Source: an uncultured virus (IMG/VR IMGVR_UViG_3300021958_000051)
Lineage: Duplodnaviria > Heunggongvirae > Uroviricota > Caudoviricetes
IMG/VR virus record: IMGVR_UViG_3300021958_000051
Coordinates: 1 to 64,000 of that record
DNA length: 64,000 bases
Direction: 5' to 3' (one strand)
Shown here piece by piece: positions 9,308-17,971 of the stretch. The translations under genes and the position numbers were made by a program. The notes beneath the pieces are model-generated. The model was not told where the DNA came from. It did not search any database and saw nothing but the letters and a program-made list of their open reading frames with translations. Numbering within the stretch: the stretch's first letter is position 1; every line of letters starts with the position of its first letter.

Positions 9308-10933
9308 TTGGCAAAAGGAACCAAAAGATCGCAAGTTCAAGAAATTATTAAATGTGGAAAAGATCCAAACTATTTTTTTAAGCATTACTTAAAAATTCAG
9401 CACCCAGTAAAAGGTCTTATCCCGTTTGATACATTTCCTTTTCAAGATGATTGTGTTGATCAATTTAATGATCATCGTTTTAATATTGTTTTAAAGTCTA
9501 GACAGTTAGGTTTGTCAACTTTAGTAGCAGCATATTCTGTATGGATGGCAATATTTCAGCGTGAAAAGAATATCCTTATTATTGCGACAAAACTAGCTGT
9601 TGCACAAAACTTTATTATAAAAGTAAAGACAATGATCAGGTCATTACCAAAGTGGTTGTTAATACCTGAGATTATTGCGAATAACAAACAAGTAATTCAG
9701 TTTAATCACGGATCTCAAATAAAGGCAATACCAACCTCAGAAGATGCAGGTCGTTCAGAAGCATTGTCATTACTTATTGTTGATGAGGCAGCTTTCGTAA
9801 GAAACTTTGATACTATTTGGACAGGTATTTATCCGACAATCTCCACCGGTGGGCGTGTTATTATTCTTTCAACTCCAAATGGTGCAGGAGGACAATATTA
9901 TCAATTGTATTCCAAGGCTGAAGCGGGTTTAAATGAATTTAATGCTATAAAACTACCTTGGGAATGTCATCCAGAACGAGATGACGAATGGTTTGAAAAA
10001 ACTACTGCAAACATGTCAAAAAAGCAAATTGCGCAAGAGTACCTTTGTGATTTTGCAGCATCAGGCGAAACGTTTTTAGATAATCAGTCTATTGAATGGT
10101 TAAGAACATGTGTACAACCTCCAATAATGAGAGACGGATTTGATAAAAATGTATGGATATGGAAACAACCACTTTCAGAACATGATTATATACTTTCAGC
10201 TGACGTCGCTAGAGGTGATTCAAAAGACTATTCTACATTTCATATAATAGATAATGCAACTAATGAAGTTGTTGCAGAATATAAAGGAAAAATTAGACCT
10301 GATAACTTTGCTGATTTAATTAATGAATTCGGACTTCGTTATAATAAAGCATTAGTTTGTCCGGAAAATAATAGCTACGGTTTTGCCACAATTCTTAAAC
10401 TATTAGAAATGAATTACCCAAGAATGTATTACAGAAAAAAGAAAAATTCTGTTTATTTAGGTTCTTATGTTCCCAAGTCTTCTGCAGACTCTGCAGGTTT
10501 CAATACTAACGGAAAGACAAGAGGCACTATTTTAGCTAAACTTGAAGAGGTTATAAGAAACAAACAATTAATATGTTATTCTTCACGCTTTTATGAAGAA
10601 CTTAAAGTTTTTACATGGCAAAGTGGTAGAGCGCAAGCAAAGAGAGGTTTTAATGATGACCTGGTAATGAGCCTTGCAATTGGTTCATGGTTATTTGATG
10701 CATCTACTGATTATAGCAAATCTTCTCGTGCAATTAATGATGCGATGTTAAGTGCATTTAGTGTAAGAAAAAACGAATACAATGATACGCCAAATGCAGT
10801 CTTAGAAGATGTTTCTTCACTTCCACCTTTTATGCCATCTGGGCGTGGTGATAGAAATAATATAAAACAAAATATTAAAGATACATTAAAACGCAGTAAT
10901 ATACCTAAAGATATGCTATGGGTAATTAAATAA
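9308..10933 (+). CDS. terL: terminase large subunit (T4 gp17-like)
   Basis: Q motif FPFQ; Walker A KSRQLGLST; Walker B LLIVDEAAF; STPNG; nuclease motifs SADVARG..KDYS and NDDLVM. TTG start with GAGGTG RBS. Confidence 0.95.
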   Translation: MAKGTKRSQVQEIIKCGKDPNYFFKHYLKIQHPVKGLIPFDTFPFQDDCVDQFNDHRFNIVLKSRQLGLSTLVAAYSVWMAIFQREKNILIIATKLAVAQNFIIKVKTMIRSLPKWLLIPEIIANNKQVIQFNHGSQIKAIPTSEDAGRSEALSLLIVDEAAFVRNFDTIWTGIYPTISTGGRVIILSTPNGAGGQYYQLYSKAEAGLNEFNAIKLPWECHPERDDEWFEKTTANMSKKQIAQEYLCDFAASGETFLDNQSIEWLRTCVQPPIMRDGFDKNVWIWKQPLSEHDYILSADVARGDSKDYSTFHIIDNATNEVVAEYKGKIRPDNFADLINEFGLRYNKALVCPENNSYGFATILKLLEMNYPRMYYRKKKNSVYLGSYVPKSSADSAGFNTNGKTRGTILAKLEEVIRNKQLICYSSRFYEELKVFTWQSGRAQAKRGFNDDLVMSLAIGSWLFDASTDYSKSSRAINDAMLSAFSVRKNEYNDTPNAVLEDVSSLPPFMPSGRGDRNNIKQNIKDTLKRSNIPKDMLWVIK

Positions 10934-10943
10934 AGAGTAAATT

Positions 10944-13037
10944 ATGGCGAATGAGAAAAAAGGAAATCTTTTTAAACAATTAACACGTCTTTTTAGAAGC
11001 GGACCGGTTGTTAAAAGAAATATAATAAAAAGTAAAGCAGATACGAGAACTAGTTCTGCTTTTGAGCAATTTAGAAAAAATCAATCACAAGTGTATTCAG
11101 CAGCTATGTCAGCATACGGTGCATATGACAGAATGGCAAGATATTCAGACTTTAGTGAAATGGAATATACACCTGAGATTGCTTCTGCTTTGGACATATA
11201 CTCTGAAGAATCAGTTGCTGCTGATGAAAACGGAAAGACATTACATATATACTCTGAAAATTCTAAAATAAGACAAATATTAACAGAATTATTCTATGAT
11301 ACACTTAATGTAGAATTTAATATGTCGCCATGGATAAGAAACTTAGTTAAATACGGTGATTTCTTTTTATTCAATGATGTACATCCAGAGCAAGGTGTAA
11401 TTAATGCATATCCTCTTCCAATATCTGAAATAGAAAGAGAAGAAGGATTCGATCCTAATGATCCAATGGCAGTTCGTTTTAGATGGGTGACGCAAGGTAA
11501 TCAAATTCTAGAAAACTGGCAAGTTTCACATATGAGACTGTTAGGTAATGATGCATTTTTGCCGTACGGTTCATCAGTATTAGAGCCGGCTCGTCGAATA
11601 TGGCGACAATTAATACTCTTAGAAGACGCAATGATGGTAATGCGTGTTGTAAGAGCTCCTGATAGAAGAGTTTTTTATATTGACGTAGGCAATGTACCAC
11701 CTGAAGACATACCAAACTATATGGAACAAGCGCAATCTTCTCTTAAAAGATCTGGCGTTGTTGATAAAAGTACAGGACGTGTAGATTTACGTTATAATCC
11801 ACTTTCTATTGATGAAGATTATTTTATTCCAGTGCGAGGATCTGATAGCGGTACAAAAATTGATCAGGTAGGCGGGCAAGGAATTACAGGCGACACAAAT
11901 GATGTTGAATATATTCAGAAGAAACTTTTTGCTGCTCTTAAAATACCTAAGGCTTATCTAGGTTATGATGAAGGTTTAGGTGCAAAAGCAACGCTTTCTC
12001 AAGAAGATATACGTTTTAGTAGAACTATTGCAAGAATTCAAAGAACAATATTATCTGAGATGAATAAAATAGCAATTGTACATTTATATTGCCACGGTTT
12101 CACAGATGAAGATCTTGTCGATTTTACGCTTAAATTATCAAATCCGTCTACTATAGCACAACAACAAAAGCTAGAATTATTTAAAGGTAGATTTGAAGCT
12201 GCGAGCAGCGCATTAAGTACGCCTGGATTGATTGACAGAGCATGGGTACAGAAAAATATTTTAAGATTAAATGACGAAGAAATAAAAGCTGTCAAAAAAG
12301 GATTACTTGAAGATAAATTAACAGATTTAGAAATTGAATCTACGCAGCTTGTTGCTCCTGAAGGTCCAGAAGGAGCTCCTCCACCATTAGACTTAAACAT
12401 GGGCGGCGGAATGCCTATGCCACCCGATATGGGTGGAGGAATGGAATCAATGCCATCACCTGACACACCTCCTGTTCCAATGCCTGGCCTAGACTTAGGT
12501 GGAGGTCCAGCACTTTCAGAAAAAAATATGTTATCAATACAAGATGATGATATGCCAATAAAGATTCAAAATAAAATCAATGCAAGTTTAAATTTAATTA
12601 ACGAAGATGATAAAAAAAATGAAAATGAAGACGATACTTTAACAGAGTTTGAAAAATGGCAAAAAGATCAAGTAGCGTCAAAAGAAGTTAGTCGTAAAAA
12701 GAAAGAAAAATATGCTCGAAAAAATCATTTATTCTCTGATAATCATTTTAGTGAGTACCAGAGAAATAGAAGACGTGAAAAAGATGTCTTTTATGATGTA
12801 CATCATGATTTAAAATCTCCTGCTAAATATAAGGCAGAAAAATTAGATGAGCTAAGTGGTGATAATATTAACATTGACGAATATTTAGATAACAAGATTA
12901 TAAAAAATGCTGAATTAACAAATAGCATTAAATCAACCTTAAAAAGATTTGACAACAATTTTGGAGTTTCGCCAAAAAATAAAATTATAATTTCTGAGAC
13001 AAAAAATTCATCAGGAGAAGAAGGAAGCAATGAGTAA
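10944..13037 (+). CDS. gp20: portal protein (T4 gp20-like) with long C-terminal extension
   Basis: LLEDAMMVMRVVRAPDRRVFYIDVGNVP, EDYFIPVRG and KLFAALKIPK are gp20 family motifs; follows terL. Confidence 0.93.
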   Translation: MANEKKGNLFKQLTRLFRSGPVVKRNIIKSKADTRTSSAFEQFRKNQSQVYSAAMSAYGAYDRMARYSDFSEMEYTPEIASALDIYSEESVAADENGKTLHIYSENSKIRQILTELFYDTLNVEFNMSPWIRNLVKYGDFFLFNDVHPEQGVINAYPLPISEIEREEGFDPNDPMAVRFRWVTQGNQILENWQVSHMRLLGNDAFLPYGSSVLEPARRIWRQLILLEDAMMVMRVVRAPDRRVFYIDVGNVPPEDIPNYMEQAQSSLKRSGVVDKSTGRVDLRYNPLSIDEDYFIPVRGSDSGTKIDQVGGQGITGDTNDVEYIQKKLFAALKIPKAYLGYDEGLGAKATLSQEDIRFSRTIARIQRTILSEMNKIAIVHLYCHGFTDEDLVDFTLKLSNPSTIAQQQKLELFKGRFEAASSALSTPGLIDRAWVQKNILRLNDEEIKAVKKGLLEDKLTDLEIESTQLVAPEGPEGAPPPLDLNMGGGMPMPPDMGGGMESMPSPDTPPVPMPGLDLGGGPALSEKNMLSIQDDDMPIKIQNKINASLNLINEDDKKNENEDDTLTEFEKWQKDQVASKEVSRKKKEKYARKNHLFSDNHFSEYQRNRRREKDVFYDVHHDLKSPAKYKAEKLDELSGDNINIDEYLDNKIIKNAELTNSIKSTLKRFDNNFGVSPKNKIIISETKNSSGEEGSNE

Positions 13038-13890
13038 AATTAAGCACAATAAAAAAAGAAACGTAGGTATTATTTACGAGCTATTAGTAAGAAATATGAC
13101 CCGCGCTTTAGTGTCAGAAAACATTTCCAAAGTTAATAAAATCAAAGCATTAATCGAAAAACACTTTAATAAAAGTACTGAACTATACCAAGAATATAGA
13201 ATTTTTAATGCGCTCTCTAATGGACTTAAAAATTCCGAATACAGCAGAGAAACTGCAACTGCTTTGTTAAATGAATCTAAAAAAGTTTGCAATAAAATTA
13301 ATTCAAAAAAATTAGAAAGAGAAAAATCTTTTTTAATCAAAGAGATAAATTATTCTTTTGGAAAAAAGTTTTATTTTGAACATATTCCTAACTACGTTGA
13401 TTTGGCAACAATTCAAATCGTAATGAATGAATGGAAAAAAGATAATTTTAATATTAAAGATGCAGTTATGTTAGAAGAAAAAGTAATTAGCTCATTAGTT
13501 AATGCAAAAAAAGAAGATCAATATACTAATTTGACAGAATCAATTAATAATACTCAGTCTGATAAGATTGTTATGAATATCATGACGAAAAAGATTAATG
13601 AAAAATATAATCATATGTCTAATGATCAAAAAAACTTAATTAAAAGCTATGCCTTCTTTTTCGAAAAAGATAAAGATAGATTAATATCTTATTTGAGTGA
13701 ACAAAAAAATAAATCTGTTAAGTTGCTAGAAGGGTTTAAAGAAAAAAATGAAAGTGCTTACTTGGATAACAAAATTAATACTGTGATTAGTAATGTCAAA
13801 TCAATTAATGAAAATAACTTATCTGATGACACAATAATCAAATTTTTAACTGTATCACAGTTAATATCAGAACTTAGTTCGGAGGAATAA
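13030..13890 (+). CDS. hypothetical head-module protein
   Basis: Overlaps the portal stop; N-terminal KHNKKRNVGIIYELL; helical; sits between portal and protease. Confidence 0.7.
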   Translation: MSKIKHNKKRNVGIIYELLVRNMTRALVSENISKVNKIKALIEKHFNKSTELYQEYRIFNALSNGLKNSEYSRETATALLNESKKVCNKINSKKLEREKSFLIKEINYSFGKKFYFEHIPNYVDLATIQIVMNEWKKDNFNIKDAVMLEEKVISSLVNAKKEDQYTNLTESINNTQSDKIVMNIMTKKINEKYNHMSNDQKNLIKSYAFFFEKDKDRLISYLSEQKNKSVKLLEGFKEKNESAYLDNKINTVISNVKSINENNLSDDTIIKFLTVSQLISELSSEE

Positions 13891-13892
13891 AA

Positions 13893-14492
13893 ATGCAATT
13901 ACTCAGAGAATGGTGTGCTTTTAACATTACCAAAGAAATGATCAACGAGTCCAGAGATCGAAATGGTGGAAAGTTAATACTAAAAGGTCCGATCCAAAAG
14001 TCAAATACTCTTAATCAAAATGGAAGAATATATCCTAAAAACATTTTAGAAAGAGAGATTATGAATTATCAAAAGCTAATTCAAGAAAATAGAGCAATGG
14101 GTGAATGTGATCATCCAGATTCTTCTGTTGTTGAGCTTAAAAATGTTTCTCACGTTGTGAAGGAAGCCTATATGCAAGGTGATATAGTTTATGGAGCAAT
14201 AGAGATATTAGATACACCATCAGGTAAAATTATTCAATCATTAATTGAAAGTGGTGTGACGCTAGGAATATCTTCTCGTGGAGTAGGATCAACACAAAAA
14301 CAAGGAAATACACAAATCGTCCAAGATGATTTTCAATTAATTTGTTTTGATATGGTATCAGAACCTTCTACGCCAGGTGCTTTTGTTATGAAAGAAGGTA
14401 AAGAAATTTCTAAAAAAGAGCTTAATAAATTCTTTAACAAAACAGACAGAATTGATAGAATTTTTAATGATATTATTCGGTGGGATAAATGA
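13893..14492 (+). CDS. gp21: prohead protease (T4 gp21-like)
   Basis: NQNGRIYP, GECDHP, LDTPSGKI, GISSRGVGS and DMVSEPSTPGA motifs. Confidence 0.93.
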   Translation: MQLLREWCAFNITKEMINESRDRNGGKLILKGPIQKSNTLNQNGRIYPKNILEREIMNYQKLIQENRAMGECDHPDSSVVELKNVSHVVKEAYMQGDIVYGAIEILDTPSGKIIQSLIESGVTLGISSRGVGSTQKQGNTQIVQDDFQLICFDMVSEPSTPGAFVMKEGKEISKKELNKFFNKTDRIDRIFNDIIRWDK

Positions 14493-14950
14493 GCAAAATA
14501 ACAAAAAACGATCTTAAAGGCATTGTAAAAGAATGTTTAATAGAAATTCTTGCAGAAGGATTAATATCAAGCAATTCAAGATTATCAGAAGGCAGTCAAA
14601 AAAGAAACTCAAGAAAACAAGAACTTAAGTCTGAAATTATGAGAAGGCCTGCTTTAGATACTATATCATATGCTAAAAATCAACAACCTGCAGCAATAGA
14701 AAAAAGGCCTGCTCCAAGAATTAATACAAGTATTTCAGATGACCCAATCTTAAATGAAATATTCGCAGATACAGCTGCTTCTACACTTCAAGAACAATTA
14801 GCAGCAGAAAATAGAAAAGGACACACTGCAGCGAATGTGTCTGTTCAAGGCGATCAGGCAGCAAAAATAGTGGCAGCAAGTAACCCAGAAGATCTTTTTG
14901 GTGAATCCGCATCCAGGTGGTCAAGATTGGCATTTTCTGATCAAAAATAA
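14489..14950 (+). CDS. hypothetical protein with shared N-terminal leader
   Basis: ATGA overlap with gp21; leader MSKITKNDLKGIVKECLIEILAE. Confidence 0.75.
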   Translation: MSKITKNDLKGIVKECLIEILAEGLISSNSRLSEGSQKRNSRKQELKSEIMRRPALDTISYAKNQQPAAIEKRPAPRINTSISDDPILNEIFADTAASTLQEQLAAENRKGHTAANVSVQGDQAAKIVAASNPEDLFGESASRWSRLAFSDQK

Positions 14951-14975
14951 AAAAGAACCAAAATTAAAACTTTCG

Positions 14976-15024
14976 TCAAAACATGTTTTTGTGTATAATT
15001 ATTTAATGCAAAAACATGTTTTGA
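14976..15024. repeat. 16-bp perfect inverted repeat flanking a putative late promoter
   Basis: TCAAAACATGTTTTTG (14976-14991) and CAAAAACATGTTTTGA (15009-15024); each arm contains the palindrome AAAACATGTTTT. Confidence 0.8.
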
Positions 15025-15049
15025 ATTGTATTTAAAAGGAGTTATAAAA

Positions 15050-15310
15050 ATGTCAAATAGAAGAATTAGAAAACTAACACCTCAGCTGATTAAACGATTA
15101 ATTGCTGAAGAAAAGCAAAAGATTGCCGATTCTAAAAAGAGACAAGCTCGTAAAAAGAAAAATTTAAGTGAAGCAAAAGTTAAAAAAATTAAAAAGCAAA
15201 TCAAAGTATTAAATGAAACAAAAGAAATGCAGAAAGAGTTGGTTTTAAAATTTAAGAAGTTGTATCAGTTGAGACAAAAAATCAAAAATAATCTTATTAA
15301 GAGGGTATAA
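15050..15310 (+). CDS. small basic coiled-coil protein
   Basis: RBS AAGGAG before ATG 15050; RKLTPQLIKRLIAEE leader-like segment; Lys-rich. Confidence 0.7.
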   Translation: MSNRRIRKLTPQLIKRLIAEEKQKIADSKKRQARKKKNLSEAKVKKIKKQIKVLNETKEMQKELVLKFKKLYQLRQKIKNNLIKRV

Positions 15311-15314
15311 ATAA

Positions 15315-15824
15315 ATGGCTGAACAAAAAAGTATTTTAGTAGAACCACTAATCGTTAATGAGCAACCTAAAGGCACAAGAAATGATGCAAATCTTAAATC
15401 TGCATTTTACGCTTCCCCTATTCATAATAATGAATTGTCTGACGCTGAAAGATTTGAAACTTTTATAAAATTAACAAAAGGTGTAATTGTTAATGGTAAT
15501 GGAATTAATTCTTTTGACACAAGATATCTTGGTAATGATCAAAATCCATTACCAAATTTAGCAGACGTTGAAACTGGAGGTGGAGGTTTACCTTCAACAC
15601 CTTATACGCCTAATATTACTGCACCTGGACCAGGATCTTTAAACGCTGCAAATCAACCTGCATATGAAGGTGAATTTAAAGAGCCTAATAATGTTTCAAA
15701 CTTCGGATCCGGTCTTAATAGTTTAACATCTCCTAGCGAAACAGCTTCAAAAATAGCTGAGCAAACTACATTAGGTAATTATATCATGGGAAGATCTTAT
15801 CAAGGTTCCGACGGAAAAGCATAA
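15315..15824 (+). CDS. hypothetical head-module protein
   Basis: Tightly packed ORF; P/G/N-rich; TAATG overlap with the next gene. Confidence 0.7.
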   Translation: MAEQKSILVEPLIVNEQPKGTRNDANLKSAFYASPIHNNELSDAERFETFIKLTKGVIVNGNGINSFDTRYLGNDQNPLPNLADVETGGGGLPSTPYTPNITAPGPGSLNAANQPAYEGEFKEPNNVSNFGSGLNSLTSPSETASKIAEQTTLGNYIMGRSYQGSDGKA

Positions 15825-16438
15825 TGTATTTAGGCGGCGGTTATAAATTTGGCAATCTAGATTATTACGGGAAGGGCAGATATAGCCCTTCTTTAGGGAA
15901 ACAAACTACCGGAAGAGAAAGAATCATCCATACAGTCAATGTTGATGATATAGAAGAATATGATGAAGAAGAAGATGAAATAGACCAATTTGTTAATGAT
16001 CTGAATGATGAGGTTGGTTCACAGATTAAATCAAAGATTACAAATGGTTTACCTATGACGATCACTGATCCTTATGCTCCTCGTTCAACAGACAGAGCTG
16101 CAGGACAATTAAAAAATACTGGCGGGTCAAATATATTTGAGTTTGCTGGATATCACAGGAATCCGATAAGGAAAGGAATATCACCTTATAGACAACCAAA
16201 ACATTCCGGACCTCCATTAGGGACGGGAGGTTCAGGTCAGGCTTTTAGGACAACTGGTAATTTTATAGGTATTGGTACACAATATGGATCTTCAAGACCT
16301 CACAAGTTATTAACAAGTATAGAAGATAATAATATATTTAATCTTTCTGATATAGATGCTCCAATGTTTAGGGCATTTAAACGTCAACAAAATAAGATAA
16401 AAAAGGTATTATCTATAATTAAAGAATATTTATTGTAG
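15824..16438 (+). CDS. hypothetical head-module protein
   Basis: TAATG coupling; Gly-rich with acidic patch; precedes the scaffold gene. Confidence 0.7.
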   Translation: MYLGGGYKFGNLDYYGKGRYSPSLGKQTTGRERIIHTVNVDDIEEYDEEEDEIDQFVNDLNDEVGSQIKSKITNGLPMTITDPYAPRSTDRAAGQLKNTGGSNIFEFAGYHRNPIRKGISPYRQPKHSGPPLGTGGSGQAFRTTGNFIGIGTQYGSSRPHKLLTSIEDNNIFNLSDIDAPMFRAFKRQQNKIKKVLSIIKEYLL

Positions 16439-16466
16439 AAATTAAATTTTGCACGAGGAACAATAT

Positions 16467-17930
16467 ATGTCAAAATTATTTGAAGAAGCTTTAGCAGACG
16501 CCAAAAGATTAAAGGAAGTCGCTGAAGAAAATGCAAAGAAAGCAATTTTAGAATCGATTACACCTAAAATTAAAAGTTTTATTGATCAGCAGATCATTGA
16601 ACAAACTGAGCCTGAAATTGAAGAGGTTGAAGCTGAAGAGGAAGAAGAGGCAAACGAATATGCTAATTTGGACGAAGATTCAATTACATCTTTAATGGAA
16701 ATGTTAGGTGTCAAAAAGAATATTGCAGAATCTAATATTAAATCTGCAGTTAATAAAATGAGTCATCAACAACGTAAAAACCTTAGTGAGGCAGCAAAAA
16801 AAGCTAACTCTGATGATAAATTGACACGTAATGAAATAAATAATCAATATAGAAATTTACTTGAGGAGATATCAATGAATAAAGAACGTTATTACGAAGT
16901 TGACTTAAAGGCACTTCGTGAAGCTGTTGAAAAAGAAGCAGATGACATTGCTGCTAAAGAAGAATTAAAACACGAAATGAGTGATCTTTACGAAGAGGAA
17001 GAAGGATCCCATGAAGAAGGTTATGGTCTTGATGAAGAAGAAATCGACAAAGAAGCCATGGATCATCTTATAAATGAAATCAAGCTTGCTCTTGACTTAG
17101 GCGAAGATATCGAAGAAGATATGATTCCTGAGGAACTTAGAGGAATGATCATAGATGACGAAGATGAATCTGACGAAGAACTTGACATGGAAGATTCTGA
17201 AGAAGAGAGTGAAGAAGAAGGAGAGGAGGGCATTGAAGACATGCTTCCACCCCTTGAAGGCGAAGAAGGTGAAGATGCTGAGCCTGCACCTCTTGAAGAA
17301 GTTTTTGAAGTAGATCCTAATATGCTTCGTCAAGAATTAAGAAATATTAGAAATATGTTAAGTGAAGGAAAAGTTGATCATCATTTTGGTGGAAAAGGTG
17401 AATCTAATGCAGGTCATGCTAATGCATTTGGTGGAAAAGGTGCTAAAAAACTTGGACATCAAAAATCATTTGGTGGCGGAGCTCCTGGAAAGGATGTATT
17501 TGTTAATCCACCCGCTTCACTTAAGAAATTAAACGAAAATATTCGCAATCTGAGACGTCAAAATCGAGCTCAGCAAGAGAAACTGAATAAATACAGAGGT
17601 GCAGTTCAAACACTTCGTGAGCAGTTGGAAGATCTCAACCTATTTAATGCAAAGTTGCTCTACGTAAATAAACTTTTACAGAACAATACTTTGTCTGAAT
17701 CTCAAAAGAAATCAGTTATCAAAGCATTGGACGAAGCAAAAAGTTTGAGTGAAACTAAGTCATTATACACATCACTTACTGAATCTCTATCAGTTTCAGC
17801 ATCAAAGAAAACTTTGAGTGAATCAACTAGATTCGGTAGTTCTTCAAGAACAACAACTTCAGCTTCTACACATTCAGATAAAACCGTTGGTGAGTCTGAT
17901 CGTTGGGCAAAGTTGGCTGGTCTTAAATAA
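16467..17930 (+). CDS. prohead core/scaffold protein (gp22-like)
   Basis: Directly upstream of MCP; highly acidic coiled coil; N-terminal SKLFEEALADAK; C-terminal LNLFNAKLLYVNK and RWAKLAGL; many [LI]xE sites. RBS GAGGA before ATG 16467. Confidence 0.75.
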   Translation: MSKLFEEALADAKRLKEVAEENAKKAILESITPKIKSFIDQQIIEQTEPEIEEVEAEEEEEANEYANLDEDSITSLMEMLGVKKNIAESNIKSAVNKMSHQQRKNLSEAAKKANSDDKLTRNEINNQYRNLLEEISMNKERYYEVDLKALREAVEKEADDIAAKEELKHEMSDLYEEEEGSHEEGYGLDEEEIDKEAMDHLINEIKLALDLGEDIEEDMIPEELRGMIIDDEDESDEELDMEDSEEESEEEGEEGIEDMLPPLEGEEGEDAEPAPLEEVFEVDPNMLRQELRNIRNMLSEGKVDHHFGGKGESNAGHANAFGGKGAKKLGHQKSFGGGAPGKDVFVNPPASLKKLNENIRNLRRQNRAQQEKLNKYRGAVQTLREQLEDLNLFNAKLLYVNKLLQNNTLSESQKKSVIKALDEAKSLSETKSLYTSLTESLSVSASKKTLSESTRFGSSSRTTTSASTHSDKTVGESDRWAKLAGLK

Positions 17931-17971
17931 ACTGTTCAAACAATTAATTAATTTTATAGGAGATAAAACAA

